64,000 nucleotides of DNA, taken from contig NC_068984.1 of NCBI RefSeq assembly GCF_001194135.2, positions 60,816,809-60,880,808 on the forward strand. Reading direction: 5' to 3'. Positions 13,355 through 27,660 of this stretch are shown here, one piece after another. Source of the stretch: Octopus bimaculoides (lineage: Eukaryota). The notes beneath the pieces were generated by a model. The model was not told the DNA's origin. It saw only the letters and a program-made list of their open reading frames with translations, and did not search any database. Each line of letters begins with the position of its first letter. The first letter of the stretch is position 1. Made by a program: the position numbers and the translations under genes.

Positions 13355-14940
13355 CTAAGATGAACGAATCTTGATTCTAAATAGAAAAAAGAAACGTATA
13401 CAAGAATCAAACAACTGGTGATAGCTGACTCAACAAGAACAATTTTCGTTGATGCTTGTAGTAGAACAGTGTTGTAGGAAATTAGTAATAACGGTACACA
13501 TCTCCTGCGTGACGAGTGGAATGTGAAGTCACTATAAGTAAGGTGACGTCGGCCGGTATCGAGAGGGTGCGTGTAGATTGTGTTGATAGTCATGTCTGTG
13601 CTGATATTGTAACTATACTGTGATACTAAGCGGACGTTATAACGACATAACCTTTTGAGGATAATAACACTGTATGAGTAGGAGTCGTACAGTACCAGAT
13701 AGAAACATTCTATCAACGACTTCGGAATATAACAATATCTGTCAGAGCGCAAACCGCTGTACAAAGACAGATACGACAAACAGGCAAAATATTTTTGTTT
13801 ATCTAATTTTGCGCAATTGCAGTGACCTCATATGAAATTGCTAAGATTTTTCTCGTAGGTGGTAGGATTGTTCACTCTGATTTTAAGCTGCTGATGAACT
13901 TTGCCTTACACACAGTCCTTAATGCAACAATGCAACTTTAAGCAATATTGACAAATGATCTGAAAGTATGAAATGAGCACACAGCGCCTCACAGACATGC
14001 ATTTGAGGCTTTCAATCGTACCTTTTAAGATCTCTGAGGATTTATGAATTTGTCGTCCTGGAGAGTAAAAATGACTTTGTTCAGGATGTTAATGTCATAA
14101 ACATTAAAAAAATATCTATCTCAGTCCAGATGATACAACTCAATTCACATGGTAGTCGATGTTAACGATGCTGCTAATTATCCAACAAAGTTCCTTAATT
14201 CTCTTAAGTCCATTGCTGTCAGACCTAATCTTCTGCAAGTGAAAGTAGATGCACGTATTGTTATGATATTTCGATGTCCCAAATCTCTGTAGTGATACCA
14301 GATTTTCTATTAAAATCTTTGTCTCAGATGAACGAATTTGCTAATATGAATAGTTGCATCAAGGAAGATATTCCACGCATTCGCATTATCTCATAAGCTA
14401 TGTCATTACAATTCAGGTGCGTTCAGTTTTCATTGACAGTTTTTTTTTACCTGTTTCAGGGTACAGCCACTAAAGGTTGTCGGAGTTGGACTCACAACAT
14501 CATATTTCTCTCTTAATAAGTTCCATGTTGTATGCTCACGTATTAGGCCAAAGAAATATTTTTTTTATCACAACACCGAACCGTAAAACAAGAAATGTTT
14601 AGCACAAAGTTATCGTTCAATGGAACACATTTATATAAGAAGTAAAAATTGCTTCTACTTTATGCATTATACATACCAGTTTATAATTGTCAGAAAAATA
14701 TGAAGGTAGTATTTTCTTAGGCCACAAAATTAAATATCAATAAACACAGTCTCAAAGATTTTACACATAATAGAAACTTGGCAATATTCAACTGGAAGTA
14801 TGCATCTGTATTACAACAAATGTATAAACAAATATAACTATCAACTAAAAGAACAATATAAAACTTGCTATAAATTATAGTCATTTAATAAACAAATGTT
14901 TCTTTTTGATATCCGAGCAACGCCGGGAAATTCTGTTACT
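13355..14940 (+). mobile_element. Decayed Helitron: PIF1-family helicase C-terminal part plus 3' terminal hairpin
   Basis: Frameshifted translation gives TIFVDACSRT|GKIF (Walker A), GGRIVHSDFK, HRHAFEAFNRT, NDAANYPTKFLNSL and KTRNV, collinear with Helitron RepHel; 3' hairpin CCGAGCAACGCCGGG (14913-14927) followed by a CTAGT-like end near 14940. Confidence 0.9.
13470..13778 (+). mobile_element. Solo LTR (309 bp) inserted in the Helitron helicase
   Basis: TGTTGT...ACGACA termini; exact 5-bp TSD AACAG at 13465-13469 and 13779-13783; removing it restores aga-aca-ggc-aaa (RTGK). Confidence 0.85.
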
Positions 14941-15929
14941 GTGTGTTTGTGTGTGTATACATTTAAATACTTAAATACGTATGTATATGTGAATGTATGT
15001 AAAATATATGCATGCATTTGAATATATACATATACATATATATATATGCATACACACACACATATGTGTGCGTATATATACATATGTATAAATATTTATT
15101 TACGTATATACGTGTATGTATCTTTATATATATATATATATGACTTCAACTCTTTTTCTCCCGATCTGTAGTTGCTTTTCCAATGAATTTACTCCATATG
15201 CCCTTCAGACGTATTTTTCTCTTTTGATGTATATCATATATTATATTTTCCCTGCTATTGTGTCTTTTATTAAATCTGAACAGTTTTTATTTTATAAATC
15301 TGAAATAATGTTGTTGAATTTTTTTCCTTTTGTTTATATATTTTACATATCTTTTATTTATCTCTCTTTGTTTAAAATTCTGTTGTTATTCTGCTTGTTT
15401 GTTTTTTACTATAAACATATTTCAAATATTTTTTTTCTCGCATTTTAAATATTTGTTTGTTTTGTCGAAGCGTGCGATTTATTCTCCAAGTAAGTATTCC
15501 TTTATTCTTCTTCTTCTATCTAAACTGCGAACATTTCAAAATAATCTTTTATGCCTAAAGAACAATTCACACACACACGCGCACACAAAGGAAAAACAAA
15601 AGCAAGAATATCTGGTTCTCATTAGCATATGCTTCATTTTTATTCCATTATTTCCTTCACTTATCTCTTCTCTAAATCCCACTGCTGCTTTTGACATAAG
15701 TTGAAATTTTCATAGCACATCACATTTCTCTCATAAACATTAGCTAACTACTGGAAAGGCCTGTTCATCCAATATTCTCGAGCGCAACCACTATCATTAT
15801 GACAAGAAGCCACCAGCAGATTTTTTCGTATAGACAACTGTTATAGTAGATTAATATACCTCTAGTATACTAGATTAATATGCTTCTATTATAATACCAT
15901 TCAGTATCTAGGATGCATTATAGAAATAT

Positions 15930-16100
15930 TAATTGACTCCGGTATTGAATTACAACTTTATTTTATTAAGTCCGGAAAGGTGACAAGCGAAGTTCACCTT
16001 CGCTGGATTTGAACTCATAAGGTTAAAAGGTCGCAGTTAAATACAGAATATAGTGCGTTATTTAACCTCAAAACACTGTAACCTATTCAGCCAATCCGAC
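15930..16100 (-). mobile_element. Degenerate SINE family A
   Basis: aagtccggaaaggtgacaagcgaagttcaccttcgctggatttgaactcata resembles the family A body. Confidence 0.5.
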
Positions 16101-16245
16101 ACCTTTTCTCCTGGTAGAGAAAAAATACTGACTGGCCTCGTCACAAACATTACGTTACAACGAGAAGAAATGACTTGCATAATGTAATTAGTTAACAAAT
16201 GCTACAACAAGAACAACAAGAACAACAACAACAACAACAACAACA

Positions 16246-16281
<36 letters not shown>

Positions 16282-16814
16282 GGTGCTACTACTACCACAC
16301 TTTTAGGTTGTCGCCACTACCACTCACATCGTCGTCGTCATTATCACCACGACGAACGTGGTTGCTCTAGTTGCACATTCATTCATACATATTTACATAA
16401 ATACGTACGTACATACACACATATACGTATACATATTATATATATATACAGTCTGTTACAATCTGTCATACCGGCCATGATGAAATACCACAAGGTATAG
16501 AAAATACGTATTCGCCTTTATATATTTATATATTTAATCCTTTATATTGAACACTCAATATTTCATACATTCAATAAGACATTCCATATGTTCAATAAGA
16601 CATTCAATACTTCATTTCATTGTACCATCCATCTTTTTTTTTATTACATATTATATATTCGATATTCTATATCCCACATAAATTTTACAAGAATATAAAT
16701 AAAAAACATAAAAAGCAGACAGAGTTGGAACTCTTTTAAATAAAATAATATATTCCTCTATACACGATCATACAAAACCCTTTTTTTTGTATTTATTTTT
16801 ACTCACACACACAT

Positions 16815-16999
16815 ATATATATGGCCCTAAAGTAGGTTTACTGTTATCACGTAAGCACTTTAAATTTCTACCTTACAATTAACTAAATTAGCATAGAATA
16901 ATGGTTTCATATATTTTATAATTAAGATCTAAACTGTTAATATACGAATGCGAAAGAGATAGTTGAATAACTGTAAACATACTTTTGGGCCATCCTGTA
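16815..16999. mobile_element. Tc1/mariner-type MITE (about 185 bp)
   Basis: About 30-bp TIRs: tggccctaaagtaggtttactgtt versus the reverse complement of aactgtaaacatacttttgggccatcctgta; TA flanks. Confidence 0.7.
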
Positions 17000-17579
17000 T
17001 ATATATACACACATATACGCACATATATTTACATCCCCTCTCCATATATATACATAAATACAAACATACACACTAATACATACACAAACACACAAGCTTA
17101 CATACATAATACATACATACATACATACGTACATACATACATACATGTATACATACATACATATACTCATCAACACACATATACAGACCTCTGAAAATAT
17201 GGATCTAGACCTGAAATGTTCTTCTTGGCAAGTGTTTTTATGGAAGACCATGTATGAAAACTCCACCTCTGTTTATGCCACCAATTTTATCCCTAAGATA
17301 AACAAAGTCTAATATAACTTGGAAGCTGTTTCATAGCAAGCGGTGAGATAAATACTCATAGATCTAGAAGAAAACGCACAACTCGCTCTAACGACTGTTT
17401 GTACACCACCTTTTGCTGTCACACATACACAAAAACCAACAACAGATTATTGTTAAAATGATACATTTATGTCGCATGTAGCTATAAAGATGGTTAATTC
17501 GAGTTGAAATTGTCTGAAATTTTTGTGCGTTCTAAGAAGGTTGAACAGTATTATATCATTTACATTAGTTTAAGACTGG

Positions 17580-17795
17580 CATCAACAGTGGTAAAGTAGC
17601 AGAATCAGTAAAGCATCAGATAAAATGCCTTGTAGTGTTTTATATTATTCTGTCTCATTGCACTTTAAGATCAAAGCCCACTGAGGTCGATTTTTGCCTT
17701 TCATCTTTCAGGATCGATAAAATAAGTTTCAGTTTTTTACTGGTGTGTATATTATCGACTTTTCATTCTCTCAAAGCCCGTGCCTTTGTGTGAAA
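17580..17795 (+). mobile_element. Degenerate SINE family A
   Basis: gtagcagaatcagtaaagcatcagataaaatgc and gaggtcgatttttgcctttcatctttcaggatcgataaaataag. Confidence 0.65.
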
Positions 17796-18082
17796 TCATT
17801 ATACCATAGGCATGTTATTATAGGTATAACATGGATATAATATTTACATTAATCTCCTGTTTATTTCTTTCTCTTGGTCTCCACAATAACCGCTGTTGGT
17901 GTTACTTCTTTATTATCACGAATTTTGGTTTTCTTTTGCTCATTTTCGGTCAGTAGATTTTTACTTGTGGTACCTATCACGTTTAAACTGCGTTATCAGC
18001 GGTATAATGAAAGGAAACCCTCCTGGCCTACCTCAGAAGAAAAACACTAAACCAATGTACAACACACACTGTCGTTTATAGA

Positions 18083-18420
18083 TTACAAATATGGTCTGTA
18101 ACAACAGAAATGGAGAGAAAACTGGCAGCGTGTCAACACAAAAATGAAATTATCAATATCAATGCTCAGCTTGACATGAACATATAAGGAGCGAAAGAGA
18201 AATAAATTGGTAAGAGAACGGGTGAACGTAGATGGTATTATAACTGTAAAAAAGATAAAACAGATGCAGGGAAAATGACACAGTAGCGAAGAGCCAGGCC
18301 ACCGTTGGCCAAAAGCCATCACGAAATGATAATTAAGAACGGGAAAGAGAAAACACTGAAGACTACGATAGAAATGGTGTAATGAAATGAAAAATTTATG
18401 CACCATCATCAAATAGGCAA
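18083..18420 (+). mobile_element. RTE-clade LINE ORF C-terminal remnant
   Basis: With frameshifts: LQIWSVTTEMERKLAACQ, RNKLVRERVNVDGII, HRWPKAITK and KWCNEM, matching the RTE pattern ETW.LT...ERKL...RNE.IR...RW...VT.W...RW.D. Confidence 0.7.
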
Positions 18421-19010
18421 CATCAAGTGGAGTGGGAGAGCAAAAAGGTGGGCAATGGAAGTTAAGAGTTTCATTAAGTGGTGGATAGATAACGGCTAAA
18501 AACAACTATGGCTATCGAAAATACCAAGAAAACTGTGTAAAGCAAAGTTACTTTGATGCCAGTGCTTAGTACTGGTTTCATGATGTCAGGCAGGTAAGAG
18601 AGACATTTTCTAGTTAGGACTGTAGTCTATCATATGTCACATTCCCAGATGACCTGTAGCTAGTCCGGACAGCCAGGGGTACTAGAGGAACGTTGAATAA
18701 AATGCTACACTCAGGAAGAGAGCAAAACTACCGCGGATTACAATTTAGGACTCTTGTGCAAGTAATTACATTTTTTAACCATCTAACTATTTCTCCTTTA
18801 TGGACGCTTTTCTTTTATTGATTTCAGTTATTGGGTTGTAGCCATGTTTCAGCATGCTTTTAAGGGATTTTACTCATGATATTAAGCGCAGTATCCATTT
18901 CAATAAACTACTTGTGCTGTCGATCTTAGTTTTTCAAATCTCTGCGTTACGCTTTGATATAAAGTAACATTACACTGGTTTACACCTGTAATCGTAAACA
19001 CAAACTCAGA

Positions 19011-19065
<55 letters not shown>

Positions 19066-19139
19066 ACAGATACACGCACAAACGCACACACACATACACA
19101 CTCATGTATGTACGACAGGATCCTGCGCAGTTTGTTTAC

Positions 19140-19262
19140 CATATTTCCAAATGTTGGTCACTTAGAGGATACATTAGAAGGCGTTTACCCAAGTTGCCAT
19201 GCAAAAGACTGAACCCAAGATCTCATGACTGCAAATCAAACTTCGTCATCACACGGCTATGA
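19140..19262 (-). mobile_element. Degenerate 5' part of SINE family C
   Basis: Reverse complement gives catagccgtgtgatgacgaagtttg and gggttcagtc...ggcaacttgggtaaacg. Confidence 0.55.
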
Positions 19263-20579
19263 TGCCTACGCCTTGTAATAAATTATAACTGACATTGTTT
19301 CATGAAATGAATGTTTGGACGAGAATAACGGTATTGTATATTTGTGCAAGTAGTTTTTATATCTTCCGTTTATACCTAAAACATATCTTGCGTATCTTTT
19401 AACAAGATATCTCATATTCTGGGACTTTACATGGTTCAATCACTTCACTTGACCCACTCCGCAATTTCCTGCTGCACAACAAGGAATTGTACACGTCAAC
19501 GTGGGATAATCTACGAAGTCGTTTAACAGGCAAGAAATTACAGCAAAATTTCTCTGAAAACGCACTGGACTGTCTTAAAAAAATGAAATGTATGTTGAAC
19601 AATGGAGTTCCTATTATTCAAAATAAATAGATAATGATATTTGATCATTTAACTACTCAATCAGGTTTTAACTAGTGCTAAATAACAATAAGGACAACAA
19701 TCCGGAGAGGGATGTGATCCTCACAACTGATTTGCTTCTGACATTAAAATGAACAGTGAAACAAAGTATGTCTTAAACATTCCTTCCGGTTAGATTTTCT
19801 TTAGCTTATGTATGTGTTATGTCAGGTCACTCTTAGTGCCACTGGTAACATTTATTCTAGTACAGTCTATCGCATAGTCACACTATCGGCGATTAAACCG
19901 GCAAACCCACCAAGCCTGTCTTCGTAATGAGTGGGTAGGTGATTTCGTTGGCCATCCTGCAGTATGAAAAACAAAACCTGTCAAAGAACAAATAAACTCA
20001 GTTGAGTCAACAGCCATCAAACAGGTGTTTATGAGGAAACCCTAGTCTTTGTTTAGGCATCTCTCCAGGAAAAAAGAAATTCCGAAATAACACCCTCCTA
20101 AATGCAATCCCGGCGATGTTGCTTTTGCTTGTTTCCGAACTACTTGACTTTGTAGGTGAGCGTCTCGGCGGGGTTTTGTAGGTGAGAGTCTTAGGAAACT
20201 GTTACTGACTTTAAATTTCAGTATGAGCATTCTCGGCAGCTATTGTCTTTAACATCTTTAACATCTGAGTTGAAAAATAATTTGTCAATAATGGTCATAT
20301 TTGCCTTCTAGTTGACAGTTGCAATGTATGTATGTATGTATGTATGTATGTATGTATGTATGTGTGTATGTATGTATGTATGTATGTATTATGTACACAC
20401 ACACACACACACGTGCGCGCTCAACAGTGTAGTTGATAGAAGATGGCACGTATCTGCGTAGGAGAAGGCAAGTGACTCAATGGACTTTTTTATGAGAACA
20501 TTACTTTGACCTTCATTGTACTTAATTATGCCAAACCTATCTAGCAATGATTCTCATTTATTTTTATGATATTCATATT

Positions 20580-20647
<68 letters not shown>

Positions 20648-21085
20648 TGTATGTATGTATAAACAAATTTAACAGTGCAGATATATAAATATACATATAA
20701 AGCATTGAACAGCAACAAACCTCTCACCAGGCCCTAAAACTCCTTGATATAAATTAGATTTTCAAGTTGAGCTGCATCAGCCTGACGAATATAAATATGC
20801 GATAGAAAGAATATAAAGTTATTTCTTATTTTCTTCATTGAAGTGAATTTTTTCCTTTTATTTCTTTGTTTTAGGAAACGTGATTCCTTTTATTTCTGTC
20901 TTCTCACTTTCCAAATGAATAAATTATAGATGTTTTGGATTGTATTTCTCTTTTATGGAAAACACTAACACACAAAATAATACATACATAAATTAATATA
21001 TAACTAGACAAGTTCCAACATAAACAAACATGCGCGCACACGAACGCAAGAAGACACACACATGCACACATGCATAGACACGCAA

Positions 21086-21128
<43 letters not shown>

Positions 21129-21602
21129 CATGTGTATACATATATATATATGACTATATATATACATATATGTATATGACTATATATATATATATATNNN
21201 NNNNNNNNNNNNNNNNNNNNNNNNNNNNNNNNNNNNNNNNNNNNNNNNNNNNNNNNNNNNNNNNNNNNNNNNNNNNNNNNNNNNNNNNNNNNNNNNNNNN
21301 NNNNNNNNNNNNNNNNNNNNNNNNNNNNNNNNNNNNNNNNNNNNNNNNNNNNNNNNNNNNNNNNNNNNNNNNNNNNNNNNNNNNNNNNNNNNNNNNNNNN
21401 NNNNNNNNNNNNNNNNNNNNNNNNNNNNNNNNNNNNNNNNNNNNNNNNNNNNNNNNNNNNNNNNNNNNNNNNNNNNNNNNNNNNNNNNNNNNNNNNNNNN
21501 NNNNNNNNNNNNNNNNNNNNNNNNNNNNNNNNNNNNNNNNNNNNNNNNNNNNNNNNNNNNNNNNNNNNNNNNNNNNNNNNNNNNNNNNNNNNNNNNNNNN
21601 NA

Positions 21603-21654
<52 letters not shown>

Positions 21655-21959
21655 CATATGCATACATAAACAAATATTTATATATATACTTATATACTTA
21701 TATATACACACATATATTTATGTATATTCATATATATATATATATATGTATGTATACAAGCACACTCATATATATAACACATGTATATATAAATATAACA
21801 CGTATATGTATTTACATATAAGCATATACATGTCTATATATGTGTGTGTTTGTATATATATATACATACATACACACATACACACACACACACACACATA
21901 CACACATATATATATATATAAAACACACACACGCATATATATTACGTATATGCATAAAC

Positions 21960-21996
<37 letters not shown>

Positions 21997-22639
21997 TATA
22001 TGTGTATACACACACACATATATATACACACACACGTTTATGAATTTATTCATGCGCTAGTGTGTATATGTGCGTTGTGTGTGTTTGTATGTGTCTATGT
22101 GTGTGTGATTGTTCGTGCCAGTGTTGGTGGTCTCTTTGTTGACGCTGTTATCGCAAATAGTATTTCTAATATCGTCACTGCTATAGTTTTTATCACTGTC
22201 GTTGAGATTTTATTACTGTCCAAAATTGTATTATTGCCTTTTGTATCATTACTGTTATTATACTTATTCGTATATATTTCCCTCGTTCCTCCATATATAA
22301 GCAATGCTAAAGACCTATTTTTCGCAGGATACTGACACACTGGTTATGCCAGCAATAAGTATCTAGAGTTCCTGGGACAGTGGAATTGTTTAAATATCAA
22401 TCTTAAAGAGTAGATTGTCAGGAGTTCGTAGTGCCTCTTCTACTTGACACTCAGTTGGCATATGTCTGAAAAGAGGTAAAATTTATTCAAATATCAAAAG
22501 CAAGAAATAAATGTTGTCGAGGAAAATAGAGGTGCAAAATCACTAAAACACTAGGATGAAAATATTTTTCGTGTTAAGCCAAGAAAGAAACGGACGAATA
22601 TATCCAACAATCTAATCTATCTATCTATCTATCTATCTC

Positions 22640-22702
<63 letters not shown>

Positions 22703-23619
22703 GACGANNNNNNNNNNNNNNNNNNNNNNNNNNNNNNNNNNNNNNNNNNNNNNNNNNNNNNNNNNNNNNNNNNNNNNNNNNNNNNNNNNNNNNNNNNNNN
22801 NNNNNNNNNNNNNNNNNNNNNNNNNNNNNNNNNNNNNNNNNNNNNNNNNNNNATCTATCTATCTATCTGACGAGGTTCTAGTCAGTTAAATGTATATGTT
22901 TGCATATGTATGTATATATACACGTGCAAACACATAGATACTTCCAAACTGTATGCATGCATGCACATGCATCCATATGCACGCATTCGTGTGTCAGTGG
23001 GTGTATCAACTATGTATTCAAAGGTCGATCAACTGTCAGACTAGAGAAGATTCAATGCAGTCAATGCATCTTGAAACTGTTTTCTTTTTATTTCAACTGG
23101 TCATGCACACATCGATATGTACGTGTGTGTGTGTATGCGTGCATGCATGGAGAGTGAGGGAGAGAGAGAGAGAGAGAGATTGAGAGAGAGAAATTATTCA
23201 TTGAAAGCAACAGTATATAATTTGAATTATTTATCATCTTAATAGATTGCCACGATATTTCAACAAGGCCTGTATCAGCAGAGTTTCATCAGAGAAGCAT
23301 AGCGAATGCAGAAAATATTAAAAGAATGGCATGGCCATGTTGTAAGGGTATGAATAAATCGAACAAACTCACATACACACATACACACACGTATACACAC
23401 ACATGCACACAGGCGTGTGCATGCACGCACTCACACACACATGCACATACGTACACACGCACACACACATACGTGCGCGCATACACATACACACACACAT
23501 ACTCTCACACAGACCTGCCCACAAACTTGAACGTAAGTATGTATGTAGATATGTATATATGTATGTATGTACATCTATTGTGTGTCCTTGTGTTTGTGTT
23601 TACCACCACTACGGTACTG

Positions 23620-23768
23620 ATTTGTTTACGCACCCGTTAGACAAAAGAGACCGATAAGGTAAAGTACCAGGTTTTAGAAAATAAGTGTTGGATTCGATTC
23701 GTTTGATTGAAACCATTCAATATGGCGCCCTAGCATGACAGCGATCCAGTGACTGAAACAAGTAAAAA
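23620..23768 (+). mobile_element. Degenerate 3' part of SINE family C
   Basis: caaaagagaccgata, gaaaataagt and gtgactgaaacaagtaaaa tail. Confidence 0.6.
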
Positions 23769-23796
23769 ATGATGTGTGTGTGTTTGTGTGTATGTT

Positions 23797-24185
23797 GGTG
23801 TTGTTGTTGGCACTCCGACGCTTACGACGTCGAAGGTTCCAGTTGATCCGACCAACGGAACAGCCTGCTCGTGAAATTAACGTGCAAGTGGCTGAGCACT
23901 CCACAGACACGTGTACCCTTAACGTAGTTCTCGGGGATATTCAGCGTGGCACAGAGTGACAAGGCTGACCCTTTGAATTACAGGCACAACAGAAACAGGA
24001 AGTAAGAGTGAGAGAAAGTTGTGGTGAAAGAGCACAACAGGGTTCACTACCATCCCCTACCGGAGCCTCGTGGTGCTTTAGGTGTTTTCACTCAATAAAC
24101 ACTCACAACGCCCGGTCTGGGAATCGAAACCGCGATCCTATGACCGCGAGTGCGGTGCCCTAACCACTGGGCCATTGCACCTCCA
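23797..24185 (-). mobile_element. SINE family B, full length
   Basis: Same head, body and tail as 3143-3526. Confidence 0.95.
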
Positions 24186-24792
24186 CTATGTGTATGTATA
24201 TATGTATGCATGTACGTATGTACGTACGTATGTATGTATGCTGATAATGCATTATTTGTATCATTCTCATGTCATGCACAATGTTCTTGCAACCAGTAGA
24301 TTCGTTTATCTTTCTAGTTATTTATGTGGCGGGGATGACTGTTAAAAGTAACTCTTCATTGTTTAATGTAAAGTACAAGTTTGAAATCTGGTTAAAACTA
24401 AGAATTGTTGAGTGTTTTTTAAAAATTTTATCTATAAACACATGTCTCGATATTCGTATTACCTCCTTAGTACAACTCATAGAAAATATATTATTAGTGA
24501 ATTTATGTTAAAGTTGTGCATAAAAGATAGATGTACAGGAAAATAAAATTATAACGAACACCGATCAGTGGTGGTACATTATAAGCTAGAAATGTTCAGT
24601 GACATTTAAACGTTATTCACGTGGGATGTGCATTCAAATTTGAAATTTGAATGAATTATATATACGTATATATATTTGTATATACTTATATATATGTTTG
24701 CATACATACATACATACCTACATACATACATACATACATACATACATACATGCATACATACATACATACATACATATATATATATACATACA

Positions 24793-24845
<53 letters not shown>

Positions 24846-25599
24846 GCACACATATATATATACAGATACATATATACATACTCACACACATAATCCTATA
24901 TATTTCTGTATCTGCGAAGTGTTGCCTGAAATATTTCTTTACTGCCTCTGTCATTAAATAAACCGGGGTGTATAGTTTTAATGTATCGTTATTTTGTTGT
25001 CTCTGCCGCCTTTAAGTTTTGTCCCGTGTCAGATCCATCCTATTTTAGATATTTCCTATTTTAAAACATCTGATTTATTACACTAGAATAATGTAGTCAA
25101 CATTAGAACATTACAGAAGAAAACACAAATTATATATATATATATAATATGTCCATTTAAATATATTTATGTTTTTATTTATGCATGTTGTATGGAAGTA
25201 TGTATGAAGGCAACGTCTTTGTAGAAAAGTTAGAAGCTTGAAAACTATATTGTGCAGTATTTATTCCGTTGAGGACAGTTTTGACTTTCATCCTTTCGTG
25301 CTCGATAATAAATTTCTAATCCAAGGCGGGATCGTGTGGTGGGGTTGTTAGAAGGTCAGACGAGATATTTTGCTGTATGTATTCTGGCTATATTTGGTAG
25401 TATCTATTCTTGCATTCTGATAGCAATGCCTGCGACGGCACTGTTGCCAATCTCTATCGGCCAAGTCGGCTGATGGCGACTGGCAAAAATAACTCTCGGA
25501 TAAACATCACTATCCGATGTTTATCCGATAGATAAACATCGGTAGCAGGGAGAAAGATTCACTTGCATAGATGATTGCCAGTTTACCTTCTAAAAGTAT

Positions 25600-27130
25600 T
25601 AACCCGACCCTCATAAGAAATTTATAAAGAAATTAGAGACTTTGTCAATCTCAGGGTCTTTCTCGTTGCTTTTAGCTATTAAGTGTGTCTGTTCTTTGCC
25701 AGCTGTTGTTGGTATGCACCTTTTACCCTTTTCTCTCTTCAGGTCCATTCTACTTATATCTTTTCCCTTTCTGATTCTGATTCATTCTCCTTTCTCTGGT
25801 TGTGCTGAATGTTTCTGTTCCAAAGCCAGTCCTAGTATGACTGATTTTTCCAATGATATTAGTGTATCTTTTAATGTCCCGTAAAAGCGTTTTTTTACGC
25901 TTAATTCAAACGCCGTGTTCTCCTTGAATAATACCCATCTTTGAAACATTTGAACCTTCATATTTTTTCTGATGTAGCTTAATTTGACCGTTGCTTTGCT
26001 TCCAGTGTCTCATCACTTTTTATTAATATTATATTTTAAAAAAAGTATTTGGTTACTTTTGTTCTTTCTGTTTTGATAAGTAAAGGTAAATCTTTTTAGA
26101 TTATACTCTCTTCTTTTTGCTTGGTTTGGGTGAACAGTATTTGACATTTACGATTAAGCCTTTCCATGAATATCACGACTACTTGAACAGATGAGATCAT
26201 TTAATCTGCGGATATTTTGGTAGTTTGTAACAGTAGACAGAATATTGTGCAGAACCCTGCTACATTTATTTCTTTCGTAAAGTTCTTTGAACGTCTGTAA
26301 CTTGGAAAGAGATTTATGTTAATCCATTTTCATCGATTTTCTTTCTACTTTTCTCTCTCCTTTATTGCTTCTGGTAGGTCTAGCTCAATATTAATGCTTG
26401 TTGATCTGCTGTAATGTGTGTTATTATGTCTGTTATTAAATGAGGAATCAAGTGTATATATTTGCAGTGTTCGTGAATTAGCTTGAATGTGTCCATTGCA
26501 ACTTTTATGAGCTTCATTATCATTTTGATTTTTGTAATTTTTTTTTCTCTCTGTCTTAGTTTTGCTCTGACGCTACGTTTCTTGTCTGTCTTTGCTACTA
26601 TCTGAAGTCAGTTTTAATGTCCGTGAATTTTTCTATTTAAATTTTTGGAAACTTAATACTGTTTATTTCGAATCTCCATATGTTCGTTAGTGCATTAAGA
26701 TTTATACTTACTTTCTTTCTATTCAAGTTATAGGTCTGTTTTATAGTACTCGTGTGTATTAGATATAGCATTAATGTATAATAGCAATACATCTCCCTAG
26801 TGTATTGTTCATTGCTCCAACGTTCCTTTCTTTCAATTTAGTTTATATGTTGGACGTTAGCATTATGGCACGTAATTTCGTTTGTTAACTTTTGAGAAGG
26901 ATATTGAGTCTGAATTAAGCATGACGTTATTCTTGTATCGTATTTAACGCATGCTAAGAAATTCCCCAGACATCTTGGCTCAGCCATCTGTATTTTAGCT
27001 CTAGTTTGATTTATTAATGGACATAGTTTTTCCTTGCCTAATAATCACATATAAGACATAAAATAAGCATCCACCTTTACAGTAACATTTTCTTCACTTT
27101 TTAGGCTAATTTTGGTCTTGTTATTGGATC
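25600..27130 (-). pseudogene. Heavily decayed non-LTR retrotransposon RT/C-terminal region, possibly RLE-type (HERO/NeSL-like)
   Basis: Manual multi-frame translation gives GIS.CVK (compare GISGCVEH), LLIKTERTK (compare IKTGRKW), IIGKISHTRTGFG (compare IVG.VQ.GRAGLG) and KFLMR, in the expected order but with many stops. Confidence 0.35.
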
Positions 27131-27207
27131 AGTTTCGGTTTTTACGGGAGCTAGGTTCATTGTTATTGGCATCATCATCATCACTGTTGTCGTCGTTGTT
27201 GCTGTAA

Positions 27208-27208
27208 C

Positions 27209-27255
<47 letters not shown>

Positions 27256-27352
27256 TAATTATAATAATAGTAATAATAATAGTAATAATAATAAGGATAA
27301 TGATAATAATAATAATAATAATAACAATAATAATAATAATAACAATAATAAC

Positions 27353-27412
<60 letters not shown>

Positions 27413-27444
27413 TATTATTATTATTATCATTATTATTATTATTA
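27208..27444 (+). repeat. (AAT)n/(ATT)n compound microsatellite
   Basis: Directly visible; source of the poly-I ORFs. Confidence 0.98.
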
Positions 27445-27660
27445 AAGTGGAGGTGGAAGAATCATTAGCACGCCGGACAAAGTGCTTAACAGCGTTTCGT
27501 CCATCATTATGTTCTGAGTTCAAATTCTGTCGAGGTCAAATTTGCCTTTCACACTTTCTGGGTCGATAAAGTAAGTACTTGTCAAGCACTGGGGTCGATG
27601 TAATTGACTAGTCCGCTTTCCCAGAATATCAGGCTGTGCGCCTATAGTAGATAGGGTTAT
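27445..27660 (+). mobile_element. SINE family A, full length, flanked by (ATT)n
   Basis: gaagaatcattagcacgccgg head, gagttcaaattc B box, conserved body and ATT tail. Confidence 0.85.

Noticed and set aside
12200-13779. Apparent AP-endonuclease motifs on the minus strand (YNVRL, VLGDPTS, SSDSF; ORFs 12723-13004 and 13351-13779)
   Set aside because: The two best segments coincide with solo LTRs that have TG...CA ends and TSDs, so the motif similarity is most likely chance.
20057-20155. 99-bp AG/GT-bounded open frame (ISPGKKKFRNNTLLNAIPAMLLLLVSELLDFV)
   Set aside because: No recognisable homology and no partner exons; such windows arise by chance.
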